A stretch of DNA of 61,328 bases, counting the filler, from Sphacelaria rigidula (lineage: Eukaryota), in the NCBI GenBank assembly GCA_964200075.2. It is 6 parts of 6 records of this genome, joined end to end, with 100 filler letters (N's around TTAATTAATTAA, not from the genome) between each part and the next. Parts side by side here need not be neighbours in the genome. Positions count along the whole stretch, not along the records: positions 30,716 to 40,853 come from CAXNAA020007052.1; positions 40,954 to 51,091 come from CAXNAA020007053.1; 4 more parts are not named here. The stretch is one strand, 5' to 3'. This document shows, piece after piece, positions 33,227 through 45,830 of this stretch (position 1 is the stretch's first letter; every line of letters starts with the position of its first letter). Both the position numbers and the translations under genes were made by a program. Below the pieces are notes generated by a model, which did no database searches, was not told the origin of the DNA, and saw only the letters and a program-made list of their open reading frames with translations.

Positions 33227-35304
33227 TTGAGCCTCTTGGAACTCATTTGACGGTTTTCATTTCTGTTAATCGGCATCATTTTCAGTCATTTTTGAGTCAA
33301 CATGATGCCGATTCATGATACCAAAAGTCGTCAACGGGTTCCCAAAAGGTTGATATCTCGTGTCCCGGGTACATTTTTGGTGGTGGTGGCAGTATCGGAC
33401 GAGGAAAGGTATATGTAAGCGGTGCTCTGAATGTTTGGAAGTATTGGATTGAGGAAGGGTGCATTTGTATGCCGCGTGGTGTTGACCGTATTGAGAGGGG
33501 GGGGGAATGTGTGCGTGCGCTGCTTTCACAGCATTGGACGACAAAATGTACTTATCTGCGCTGCGGGATGTTGGTAGCACTGGAGAAATGAAGGTACATC
33601 TATATCCGTAGCGCTGTTGAAATGCTGGCGGCATTGAAGGTGGATTGGAGTGGAGGATGTGGATGCCAGTGATGTTCGTCACTATTATAGTCAGAAGAGG
33701 AAGATACCTGAATGTCTAGAGCTACCAAAAGTTGTGGATTCTGGGAACTGCAAAGGGAATGTCGTATGCATCTCTGTCTGTCGCAAGCGGGGCGCCAGCG
33801 AGACATGAGAGCGTCACCCCAGCTCTTGTTTCTCAAGTTGGAAAAGTTTACGAGTGTCGGAAGTTGAAGTTTTGTACACTCTTCCGTAAGGGTTAGCTAG
33901 AAAAATTCGATGGAAATTGGCGAACGAATTCAGCGCATGAAGCCAAGTTTTGTATGCATGCAGACATTACTCATTTCCACATATACTGGACTCCATGGCA
34001 CCAGTATGTCTCCAGGTAGGAGTCGCACCTGCACCTACAGGAGAGCCATAATATGTCGCGATCTTGGTGATGCGCCTGGGTTTGTGCGATATTCCGCTCT
34101 CAAAATCGGCATCGCTCTCACTTGAAACGCTGGATAAACCACATGTCCTTGACCCTGTTGCCGGCCGAAGGGCTTTTGTTTTTAAGGCCTGTGTAGAGCA
34201 TGTATGTGCGGGGAAGGGTATTAACAACAGCCCATTCTTTTACAAGTTCAGGTTTGCCCTTTCGACGAAAAGAAATGAAGACGTAGTCAGCAACGCAGAA
34301 GTGTGGTTTCATAATTTCGACTCCACCCGTCACCAGTCATTCACTGCTGCTGTGTGATCTTATTTGTTTTTGAAGTTCGGAGCAAGAATTTGAGGGGGTG
34401 GGTGGGGCGAATTATGTTCCGTCTCAAAAATGACTCGTTTTTAAGTGTTCTAATCAAATCGCACCAGATGAATCAGTCCTTGGGCGCCATCGTTTCCAGC
34501 GTTGCACGCGCACTCCAGGCTCGTGGACTGCTATAATAGCGCCAAAATTGCATAGCGACTGCTTTGACCCGCGGTGCACCTTTCTTCTACATCTCGAGCA
34601 ATTGGGCCTCAGACCGTGTCTTATCAAATTGTTCTCGTCGAAAACGTGCGGTCGAATCGAATTCCCTCGTTTCTGATTCGTCCACGCGGTTTATTTTCTC
34701 AGATGGTTGAGAACATGAATGCGGTGGACGTATCAGGTACGAGTACATGTGATTCCACCGTACGTTTTGGAGTCGAAAACAAATCGAAAAGACAAGGGCG
34801 GGGGAGTAGAAAAAAATGGTCATTCAAAGCAGCGATGATTGATTCGTCCACCCTCGGATTTCGAGACTGTGACAGGCGACGTTTCACAAAAAAGGTAAGG
34901 AGAGCCGCGAATTGCCACGTTAGGGACAGTAATCCAGCACGAACACTGCCCAATGTACCTGAATGTACCAACATCCGATCGCTGTTGACCCTTTTCGAGT
35001 CAGCCTTCATATATGACTCAAATGACATGATGTCAAGACCGTGAAAAACACGTTGCACGTTTCGCACCAGTACCTGAAGAAAAAATAATCCTGAATGTTT
35101 TCAACAGTTACGATCGATTGCTGGGTGGTGAAACAGTCATATTTCGGAACGTACTATAATATGCATTTGTAGTACCATGTGTTGTGTGTAGTCGTCTCAT
35201 CTGTTCCTTACCCCGATCTACACCTTTCGGAGTGTGGGGGCGCACCAGCTCGGCTCAAACATATTTTTTTCTTTCACTTTACATTCGTTGATTTGGTTAT
35301 TTTC

Positions 35305-35640
35305 CTCATCATGTGTGTCGTGGGTGCTGTCATCCCATCCATTTTGCACACCAGTCTACATCTTTCGGTATGTGTAATCGCAACAGTCGGGGTCACACAA
35401 AAGTAATCTTCTTTCCTTCTCCACCTTCCTTTTGCGGTGCTTGCCTTAGTATTCGTCACGAGAAGCGGTTCCCTTCCGTCCTCGATCGTGATCTCGTATT
35501 TTATACCCACAACGTAGTTGCTCTCCACTGTTGGGCATGGTGCGAGAAAAATCCAAAATCGTGTTGAGTTCGTCGAGATTCGAACCAACGATCCAACCGT
35601 CAGAAGGCCTCAAGGTCACCAACTGAGCCGCGCCAGACCG
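35305..35640 (-). mobile_element. Near full-length tRNA-derived SINE
   Basis: Minus-strand head has A-box-like GGCTCAGTTGG, anticodon-like CTTCTGA and B-box GGTTCGAATC (35566-35640), followed by the body shared with other copies. No acceptor stem. Confidence 0.75.
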
Positions 35641-37746
35641 AACCAGTTTTCATCTAGTCGGAAGCTGATCCATCACGTCACTTGTTGCTGTTGATGCGTA
35701 TTGCAGTCATGGGAGTCCAAGAAAGCGTCAGGTGACACTTCAATCGTGCATTCAATGCTAATAGCATGTAAATATGATCCAATCGATCGAAAGAGTCCCA
35801 ACCACCACCACACTGCGCCAAGCGAGAGGTGGGTTGTATGGGAAAACATATTCGCTATGCAAGCTTAGATCGCACTGTTGCGCCGCCGGACACCGAACGA
35901 GTCAGCAAGGACTTACTCCTAGACAACTCAGGTTTATCGCTGCCTTATTTTGTGACGACACCGAACCGCCAGTACTTTTATCACGCTCACCATAATGCGT
36001 GTCAGACACACGTCGGGATTACACGAATGTGATCATAATCTAAAGATATACATACATGTAAGTAAATTAATAATCGTGTACCAACGAAAGCAACAGGATA
36101 CACCTACGCGCCTGAAGTATACATATACAGCGTACATTCACACGATATTTCGATGGGAGAGCTGAAAGCTTTCACGTGCTCTGCATGGATGAGACTTTCC
36201 TCCTGTTTCAACGTTCCTAAGGACAAGCTCCCCCCCCCCACACTCGTCCATGCAGACAATACTTCACTCATTACACAGCACATGACGCGTAAATCGATTG
36301 CACGCACGCACTCACAAACAATCTCGCTATGTCAAGTTCAAGACAAATAGTAAGAGTACCAACATCACGGGCCATGTAAAGAGCCATCGCGCACCCGTAC
36401 AACTCGCGTGTCCGCTGATAGCTTCGCCACTTCGTGATAAATATCACGTTGTAATCATTCCATCAGCAGACGGGAGATTTTCTATTCCGAGACAATTCGT
36501 TCAAATTAAGATCACACTCCAACCTACGACGTAGGACCACCGCCCGCATACGCCACGGAACCCCTCGAAATGTCTACATATATGCTGGTCATCATCCTGA
36601 AGAAGTTCCCCTACCCCGAAGGCAGACGACAACACATCACCTCACCGCTGAAGATACCTTTTTTTCAATAACTGATAGTTACTCTGCCACATTTCGGAAG
36701 GAGACGGTAAACTTGCTGTACATCCACCTCCCTTTACTCCGGTACCAAAATATTTCACCGAAATGGCACAAAAAACGAAGGGACAACACTTGACGCGAGA
36801 CATCGCCAGGAAGATGCCCGACAGTTGTCGTCTCGCAGTGCACCGATGGTCGTGTCCTCCGCCTGACTCAGCGCACACGGTCGTCAACCTTCCTCCAACA
36901 CGATCCAAGATAAATGGTTGCAACCGATGTACAAATCTGGACCGACAAGCACGTCACTGCTGCACCACGCAACATTTCTGATGGAAACCGGTCTACGTAA
37001 GACCTCCATTGCCGACCGTAATGTTAGAAATAGAATCCACGGATCCACCGCATCTGCCGTGCTGCATTGCCACCCCGCAACACTAAAGTTCGTAGACAAA
37101 CACTAAATGAAGCCGGGAGAGATCGGCCGAGGACACAAAAAGGCATCCCTCACGCCGTCCTCCCCCCCCCCTGTCCGCCGAAACCGTTGATCATTTTCCA
37201 GCCCCCCGACACCGCTGCGAATAATACAGGGGATCGAGACACCTGTGGCAGCCCTAACTGTGAACGTAGAAGGAGCACGCACACACATACACAAACGGCA
37301 GATGAAAGGACTTTAGCACAACCCCCACCACGACTCACGAGATCACACGAGGCCCACTCTGTGTGCCATTGCACTCGAGGCCAAGTATACTTGAAATGTT
37401 GGAAGCTGAAAAACAGGATAACGACATATTTCAGAATGTCAGAGTAAGCACTAACCCCGCCCATTTCCCTCCCCCCCCCCCGCCGAAAACACACTTGAAA
37501 CTCAGCTAGACGCACATAGCAGCACGATCGACTTCCGACTTCAGATGACGAGGGAAATCTACACGTACTCATACACACTGACGCCGCCGTCCGTACATCG
37601 TTCCCAGTAATGGTTGGCAAAGCGAACTACGAAAGTACGCCGGGATACAGAAGACGACGATAACTTGAAATGAAGAAACACGGGGTAAGATCTTGACTGA
37701 ATCTGAATTTGGCATACGTGCCTTATCATCGTTTGCAGTCACTAGA

Positions 37747-38109
37747 TCAACATCCCCCGTACTCGACGTGTTGTCCATCACCATCACTGATGTCATCAAA
37801 TTGACTGCGTTCGTCATCGTCATCCTCTCCACTCCGCCCGTCGTAATCGTTTTCCTCGATAGTGTCATGCTCCACAAACTCGTCTAGAGTGGGAACAATC
37901 TGAGGCTCACGCCACTCCGCTCCCACTCCAACATCGACCCCTATCGACCCCCCCCCTCCATCGCCGCTCGCAATCAGGACGCCATTGCCCTCCGCATCAG
38001 CGCCATCCATGCTATTATTGTCGCCATCGTCCCCTTCCTCATCGCTGCCTTCGTTCCCTAACCCCAAGTCATAAATCTCGAACGACAGCCCTGTGTTGAA
38101 CGACATGGC
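37747..38109 (-). CDS. Uncharacterised protein, terminal exon (acidic tail)
   Basis: Pyrimidine tract plus ACGCAG|GCC ATG. Encodes AMSFNTGLSF..D/E-rich..YGGC*. Phase 0 with the upstream exon. Confidence 0.75.
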   Translation of the reverse strand, partial: AMSFNTGLSFEIYDLGLGNEGSDEEGDDGDNNSMDGADAEGNGVLIASGDGGGGSIGVDVGVGAEWREPQIVPTLDEFVEHDTIEENDYDGRSGEDDDDERSQFDDISDGDGQHVEYGGC

Positions 38110-38924
38110 CTGCGTAGGCAGGACAAGAAAGGAGGGGGCAGCAATGAGAAACATCAAAGTCGTCGCGGGCTGGATTAGTGTAGTCTGCGTCGTTGACATG
38201 AGTGTATCGCGGACATGAGGCGGGTACTTATCTGTATAGAGTCGACGCGAATTTTTCATCAAAATCCATCGTCGCAGAAAAGTTTTTGTTCAGTGTGGAC
38301 TATCATGCCTGTATTCACGTGTGTACGTGCGTGTGTGTGTGGAGGGGCGGGGGTTCTCATCATGTTGTATACCTCAGTCCCAAGATAGTACACTTGGGGA
38401 GCACGCCGGGTGTTCGCCGCACCAGGTTCGCGACAGTAGTCATTGCTTCCACTTTGCCTCATGTTTGTCTCACCATGTCGACACAAGGTAGTATCACCAC
38501 CCCTGTGCGGGGAGGTCAGGTTTACTACTCCGCACAAAACGATGTTAACTCGACGATCATGGTTACCGCAAAAAAATGTAATCAAGAAACGGGAACCTGG
38601 TAGCCTAGCTGACGCAGTAAGTGGCGTGTTGAACAGCGTCGTTGCCACTCGACAACAACTATCAGCATGTAGACGGGGCAGGAAGGAGGGCTGGCTGTTT
38701 CAGCTGCTTGGCAGCATGCGACGCTTGCAGCACCACCACAATGGCCATCCATCAACATGAAAACAATCTGTGAGGCTTCACTGACATGTTCAACATCTCT
38801 CCTATTATGTCCAGCGATTTCGACAGAGGAACAGACGAATCTCTGGTAAATTACAAGTACAAGACACTCATAATTCCTCGCAAGCCAAACCGATATCTCG
38901 CACCTCCAACATGGCTACACCCAC

Positions 38925-39108
38925 CTCCTCCCACTGGTCATCCATCGTAACCTTGAGCTTATCGTCTAACAGCGAACGGTCAGACCCGGGACCATCCTTG
39001 GGGGGCATCTCCCAGCTCGTGTACAGCGTCCAGCAGCTCTCCAAAAGGAACCCCCAGTTAGACGGGTGCCGGGAAACGATGTACGTTGGCACTTCTCGCC
39101 CACCAATA
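38925..39108 (-). CDS. Uncharacterised protein, internal exon
   Basis: AATAG|T ATT...GAG|GTGGGT. Encodes IGGREVPTYIVSRHPSNWGFLLESCWTLYTSWEMP..QWEE. Phase 2 to 0. Confidence 0.8.
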
Positions 39109-39769
39109 CTATTTTCACGGACATGAATGTTTACGTTTTTTGTAGGGAGCGGGGATCGAACAAGGGACGGGTGGCGGTTAGTTGGAAGTTCCGATGGCGG
39201 TCAGATATTCAAATATTTCAATTAATTGAAAATACTCCGAGTACGAGCTCACCACACTTACAATACTCGACACCTTCGACAATTAATGGTCAACAGTTGC
39301 AACAGACAAGAAACGTACTGCATCAAGTATAGGCCTATTGCGACTGTTGTCGGCCGGCCATAGTTGCAATAGGCCTATACTTTGTGAAGTACACTTCTCG
39401 GGTATTGCATCTATTGACCACATCTTGTCCAGGGCGTGCAACACTCCAATCCAAATCCAAGCGGGGATAGATAGTACAGGATTGCATGTAGGAGCAAGTG
39501 AGAAGCATAAAAAAAAACATTCACGCACACTTTAATCGCTCATCGAGGTAAAAAACATTCACGCACACTTTCATCACTCATCGTGGTACCATCATCTACA
39601 CACATCACGACGACTTGGTAACAAGGTCAAGCAAGGAATGTTCCGCACCAGAATCCTTTTCGTCATGGTGAATCATACGATGTGATATTATCGGTTTAGT
39701 TCCGGGGTGACGATGGCGGGGGGCCCATCGCTGACTCCTCAATTTTTTTGCTCATTCCACATTTCTTAC

Positions 39770-39843
39770 CTGACCCTGAGGAACGACCCTGATGGGCCGG
39801 TTCGCAACCCAGTCCGCGGAACGAAGCGCCAGCTCATATCGGC
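39770..39843 (-). CDS. Uncharacterised protein, internal exon
   Basis: CTCTCAG|GCC...AG|GTAAGA. Encodes ADMSWRFVPRTGLRTGPSGSFLRV(S). Phase 0 to 2. Confidence 0.78.
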
Positions 39844-40093
39844 CTGAGAGATGCGCATTTCGAATCGAGAAGTTCCCGTGAGTTATGAAAAATGATGATA
39901 CTCCAAGTATGACACAGTACAGTGCTTCAAGTTTACGCAAACTGGACTCTCTTGGTGGACATTTTGTATTTACAAAGCGCACCAAAGTACCATGTCATCA
40001 ATGAGAAGCATGTGTGCTGTCATTTTCCATCAATTTTGGACGCTGGTCTTCACGTTTACACATGTGGGCGATTCAGCCGGGGTCACACAGGAG

Positions 40094-40349
40094 CAAGGGT
40101 CAGACGAATTGATGATTCGTCTAGAAATTACTTGATTCTAGTGTGATCGATTCGTACCGTATAGAATCAATCGTTAGGCCTTGTTTTCAGCGTTGCAACC
40201 CAGGTACGCGCAGCCCAGGCACGTGGAATGGCGCAACAGCTGCGTGGAGACCTGCTTGACCAGGGGTCGACATTCTTCTCTCTTTCGAGCAATCAGGCCT
40301 AAGGAATCGTGGATTTGGTGATTCGAACCGGCTATTTGTCCGAACCGTG
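40094..40349. mobile_element. hAT-type MITE (256 bp) inserted in a SINE copy
   Basis: Perfect 8-bp TSD CACAGGAG (40086-93 and 40350-57) and imperfect TIR CAAGGGTCAGAC/GTCCGAACCGTG. Sister copy at 53653-53890. Confidence 0.85.
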
Positions 40350-40953
40350 CACAGGAGTATGACCAACACTGAGGCTTCCTTCTTCTTCTGTTCGTTGTAG
40401 TTTTTCACCTTCCTCCGGCGGTGCTTGCCTTAATTTTCATCGCCAGAAGGGTTCAGCGGTCCCCTTCACTCGTCGACCGTGAGATCGAATTGTTGTATAC
40501 CCACAACATCGTCGCTCCCCACTGTTGGGCGTGGTGTGAGAAAAAATCTCAGCTCGTGTACTGGCTGGAAGGAGATTCATGTCGAAAATTATCAACTGAG
40601 CGACCGGAGCGACCGGCTAGAGAAGATTTGGACGGAGTCAAAGGTCATGAGGTTGCCTACGAAATAACGAACGCGAAGGACAGGAAGAATGATGTATGGG
40701 TTTGATATCTTGAACTACGGGTTAGTCCTCACGACGGTTGGGGGTGGGAGGAAAGGGAGGCTATGAGAAAACGACAAGAAAAACAAATGAAGAAAATTCT
40801 ATAGTAGTCAGCGTCAGAAGTTTTCAGAATTCGTAGTCGTCCTTTTTTCTGAGNNNNNNNNNNNNNNNNNNNNNNNNNNNNNNNNNNNNNNNNNNNNTTA
40901 ATTAATTAANNNNNNNNNNNNNNNNNNNNNNNNNNNNNNNNNNNNNNNNNNNN

Positions 40954-41283
40954 AGGGCTGCTGAGGCAAGAACGTTACTCCCGACGCCCGCGGTTCCTCC
41001 ACGCTGTCCACCGCCGTCCCATCAGCGACACGTCGCCGCCTCTCGCGTGCTCCTCGTCCTTCTGCACCGGAGGACGCCTCGCCCGACAGCGACCGGAGGT
41101 TGACCAGGTCGGGGCCGCGCTTTATCGTTCCTTCTTGCCTCTCCCACAGCCCCGCGACGCTGCGCAAAAACGAGGTTTTGCCACAGCCGCTTGGTCCGGT
41201 GATGAGCAGGTTTTCGCCCTTGCGCACGGCAAGGTGGAGTTTTCTCACGACAGCGTCATCATCACCACTGCCGCCGTCGTTCC
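40954..41283 (-). CDS. ABC transporter subfamily D, NBD exon (truncated by the contig end)
   Basis: CTCCAG|GG acceptor. Encodes GENLLITGPSGCGKTSFLRSVAGLW (Walker A in ABCD context) and FLPQQP (ABCD Q-loop). Confidence 0.9.
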
Positions 41284-42338
41284 CTGGAGGTAGGGAATAG
41301 AAATAGCGAAGAGGAGAATGAGGAAAAGCGATATATGATGAAGGTAGTTGTGGGAGCAGAAGGCACGCGCACAGGCGGGATTGGAAGAAAAATAGCCAAC
41401 TAAGGCTGGGACTCACAGTAGTTGACTGGGGGATTGAATGGGCCGGACCCTCACACTGCCTTAAGCAAAGCTCACGACCGCTTGAGGCGCCTACCCCACG
41501 AGACTGCCGTAAGGCAGTCTAGCCGAGCCTTCGGGTGATCGGCACACGAACCCGCTCGAGGGGTACGTGTTGGTCAGGCTTCCTCCTTTTATCAGGAAGA
41601 GAAGAAAAAGCTGAAGTAGCAAAGAGACGTCGCGGTTTTCGTTGACGCGTCTGACAGCTGTAGTGTGTCAGGCCAACAAGTCGTCATAGTTCAGAATTTG
41701 AACACCAAAGAGTGGTGCTACGGACGGGGTGCGCACAAATATTTCTCAGGTTCGAATTGTTAAAAGCCTTTTTTTCTAACCCGAAAGACAAACTTATGAT
41801 ATATGTGAGGGCACGCCGCGATCAGCATTCCAATGTATAGGCTAAAGTTGTCCCGAATGGGTTTGAAAAAAAAGGGAGGAATTTCCTGATCCCCTATATT
41901 CTTGGTTGCTCCTAACTTTAGGGGGAACCCCTGAATGGGAAAGGTTTGGGCCCAAACCTGCAACCCCTACCGTAGCATGAAACCGAAACACGTCCAAAAA
42001 TCACTTCTTGCCCGAGCAAAAACGTGTGCAACGAACGAGGTACCCCCGAATGAGTGCTGCTGCGCTGAGATGACGTTGTAGCCGGCACAGGGGAACGCAA
42101 AAGACATCCTAACAGCTCCTTCACGAAAAACCTCCTCTCATTTTCAGATTTTAGATTATCAGCTGTCCTTCCAAGCTATCCGCCTTGCTCAACTTAGCAT
42201 CTCAAAATCCGATCTCTGTGATCACTCCCTCAACCTCGCCCCCTCGCCCCCCGCTCCTCATTAATGAGAGTACCTCGCTTCTACATCCTCTCCTCCTTAA
42301 CGAAACCCACTTTCTCGCTGACCTGTACCCGTCCATAC

Positions 42339-43191
42339 CTTCTCCTCTGGTGTATCCGGTGCGATCGTGGGCAAAAATATCGCACTCGTCTGAGTCCCTG
42401 TGCAGATGGTCCGCTTGGCCGACGGTGAAACCGTCGAGTTGAAGCAACAAGTCATCGTCACCGTCGCTGCTGCTGCCGCCGCCGTCGCCGTCGCCGTCGC
42501 CAGCACTACCACCACCACGCCCGACCGCGGCCGTGGCCACAGCTTCATCACCAAGGTGAACGGCTTCGTGTTGCTGGTCGCCACTAGCACGACGCGGAAA
42601 CAAATGGGCCGCAACTTCGGAGACTCCGCTCAGAGCGATTTCAGGCGGCCCGTCGCAGCACGGACTTCTGCTGCAGATGTCAGTACCAGGGGGAACGTAT
42701 TCCACGTGCTCGAATTCGACTTCCCCCTCCTCAACATCTTCCACGCCCTGAAAAGTAGCGACTCGACCGCGAGGAGGGCTCCTTCGCTCACTCCTTGCAT
42801 AGGTCGGACCGTATCCGTGGAGAAGGGCGTCGCGCTCTTCGCCGGTGATATGAACGCCTCCTTCCGCTTCTCGTGATGAGGCTCTCGGCCCGAACCCGTT
42901 CGTTGCAATGCCCGCGATACCACCCCTACTCGTTCTTATTCGTTGGAACCAGCCGCGACAAAAGCCGCCCCATGGTGGTTTGGCCGTAGTAGTAGCTGCT
43001 CTTCTGTGCCTGTTTGTATCGCGGTTGTTGCCGCGTGCTGTCGTGCAGCTGCACGGTTGGTTGCATGAGTGATCGTCGTCGTCGTCGTCATCATGGCGAT
43101 GCCTTGATCCAATACCACAGCAGGGGTTGGAAGGATGGTTGCTGCCGCTGTCGTTGCTGCTACGGCAGCAGCAGCGATGCCCAGATCTGGG
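42339..43191 (-). CDS. ABCD transporter, long linker exon leading into the NBD
   Basis: ATCCAG|CCC acceptor and G|GTATGG donor (phase 1, matching the next exon) within a 366-codon ORF. LLLQLDGFTVG resembles the first NBD strand. Confidence 0.7.
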
Positions 43192-45139
43192 CTGGATGTG
43201 TCGAAGCACGCAAAAACATGATTCGCGAAGGAACAAAAGTGCGAAAAACAAAAAACGATCCTGACGTTGACAATAATCCATGAGTATGAAGTATATGAGC
43301 AAATAAGGGCTTCCAGCCCCACGGCTAGCATGATCATTAGGGGTGCTAACCGGGGTGGGGGGGTGTTAGCCTCCGAAAAGTGTCCAGGCTGTTCGACGAC
43401 AATAAAGCTGCAAATTGCCCATTTTTCATGGTTTCTTCGGATACACTTGATTTTACACTACATCTTTGACATGGGGAAATCGCGCGTAAAGGTGACGCCC
43501 TCCCTTCTCAGACGCTACATGCACTTGCACAACACTGAAACATTCCGGGGTCGACCTTTTTCTTCAAGTGCTTATCAAGCTTACCCTCAAAACCTGGAGA
43601 TATAGGTCATTTTCCGATTTTCTTCGCTGGGCGCGAGACGTGCTCTTGAGAGGGTTATTACCCGATGGGTGCATGAGGATTCGAAGCACACAACGCAAAA
43701 AATAGCGAACACGCTCCGGCCTTGTAGTGGGTGCGAAAATAACATCAAAAGTCGTTCGCTTTTCAAATTGTTCTGCCCTAAGGAGGATATTTGCGTCAAT
43801 ATTTTTCTTGTATGCGTTTGTCGAGCAGGAGCCTTATGGCTTTTCTTTCCGCTGCATGATATCTTGGCTTTTGCCGCTAGCGGTGGTTCGACGGTGGTTC
43901 GACTGTGTATGAGTGCGTGTGAGCTGTGGCGTTGGGGGTGTGCGTGCCGTGGCGTGCGCTATCTACCGGCTGTGTTGTGTGGGAATCGGTTAAAAAATAG
44001 TGTTGGGTGGACTGCCGCGTCTGCACAAATGTCCTGCGGGACTGGTCATACTCTGCCGGCAGGTTCTGTTGCTCTTTGTCCATCGGCGCAACTTGTTCGC
44101 TGGGCAAATTGTGCGTTGCAAGACCTCATCTAGACAAGAGCGCGTCCTGCGCAAGCTAGGAGCGCTGCCCTCATTGAAGTTCCAGATGTCAGACCAAATC
44201 CAAGGCGGGACAACTTCACCCCAAGTGGTACTCTATCGAAGAACCGCAAAACGGGCTTCGTGGAAACAGCGGTGATTCTTTTCGTATACGGGATATAGGC
44301 GGAGACAGGCCTGGAAATCTCAACGGGCGTGACTGAAACACATGGCTGAACCACGTTGGAGCTTCACAACCCAAGTCGACCAAACACGCGCAGACTTCCA
44401 CGGCACAAGCGTAGGAGGCCTGGCGCTAGCTTTTGCGTTTCTATGCAGTGCTCCTTCTTCCACGGCAATCTGTGTGGTGTTAGATGAGGGTCGGCCGTGC
44501 TTGTGCACCAAAACGCGCTGAAGATGGAGTCGTTGACAGCTAAACGTGGGAGCATTTTTCGTTCCCGAGGTGATGGGCGAAAAAGTACCGAGCGAACAGT
44601 AAATAAATACACAGGAACAAACAACCGGTGTTTACTCAACGCTATCCCTGACGGCGAAGAAAATCGCTCATCTCGGGCCGGTGCGGTGCAAGCTGCGAGG
44701 AGTCGGTGGGCATTGTTAGGTATGCGAATCGCTCACAAAACATTCGGAAAATTTTCCCCCAAAAGTGTCCTGGCTCTTCCTGATGGACAAATCAAGCTAG
44801 CCAGTCAGAAGCAAAGGGTCCGTCCGGTCGGTTCCAAGAGAACCCCAGAAGGCCTTCTGCGTACGCTACACACACTGCCGCAGGTGCAGTGCTCATGGTT
44901 GTACTGGTGATTCATTTTTCAAGTAAAGATCGTTCTGTGCAGATGACGCACCTTCTGGGTGACTATAGACAAACCCAAATTAAAACAGAGTGCAACAGCA
45001 ACAGCAGTGTACAAAAGCTGTGTGGTACAGTGCAGCGTTGTCTCATCTCTCCCCCCGCTGATTTTCTTCCCTTCTTCTGTGGGCACCACTGATGATCAGA
45101 TCACACGATGTGGTTGAAAAGCGTTGAAACCTGTGAGCC

Positions 45140-45830
45140 CACACGGTAGGTCATCTACGTCTTGTGCTCATCTTTCGAGTCGAAATTTTGAAATTTTGCC
45201 AGTGCACAGTAAATGACTCGCCTTGAAGCTGGTTGTATATAGATGGGAAAAGCCGATCAAGGCACAGTACAGCACAGGACAATGCAGTACGGTGCAGTAC
45301 GGTACGATACAGTTCAGTAGCGCGCTGTCTTCTCTCCCACCTACCCTGAGTTCCTTCCCATTGCTCCCGTGATCTGTGGGTATTACCATGGACCAGATTA
45401 CAAAAAACCTTCGGAGAGCGTGAAGTCGTCCTGCCCCTAGCTCTGAAAGTGAATCCTTCGGCCTCCACGGTGGGAAATCTGAGTCTTGCCTTTATCTTTC
45501 AAGTCAAAATCATGCCAATGCGCAACAGACGACTCGCCCAGGAGGTGGTTACATAGAGATGGGCAAACCCAAACAACAAAGCACAGTACAATGCAGGACA
45601 AACAGTACAATTGGGTAGATTGTTGTCTCCCCTCTCTCTCCTTCCCTGCGTTCCTTCCCATTACTCCCATTATCCATGGCTATGACCATGGACCACATTA
45701 CAAGAAACCTTTGGAGAGCATGAACTCGTCCTGCCCGCAGCTCTGGAAGTGAACCCTTGGGAGTCCACGGTGGGTCATCTGGGTCCTCCTCATATTTCGA
45801 GTCAAATTATGCCAATTCAATACTCCGAGT
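45140..45830. repeat. Diverged tandem duplication, ~300-320-bp unit, 2+ copies
   Basis: CACGGT.GG..ATCT..GTC...TTC.AGTC.AA recurs at ~45143, ~45466 and ~45766. TTCCTTCCCATT.CTCCC..CCATGGACCA.ATTACAA recurs at ~45351 and ~45651. Confidence 0.7.

Noticed and set aside
33900..35070. Several 70-156-aa ORFs between the convergent genes
   Set aside because: No domain signature or exon chain could be established.
35566..35640. tRNA-Arg gene
   Set aside because: The acceptor stem does not pair and the sequence continues directly into a dispersed repeat body, so it is called a SINE head. Other isolated B-box-like motifs (~15785, ~31797, ~51800) also lack cloverleaves.
42400..42876. 158-aa plus-strand ORF
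   Set aside because: It is antisense to the splice-supported ABCD linker exon.
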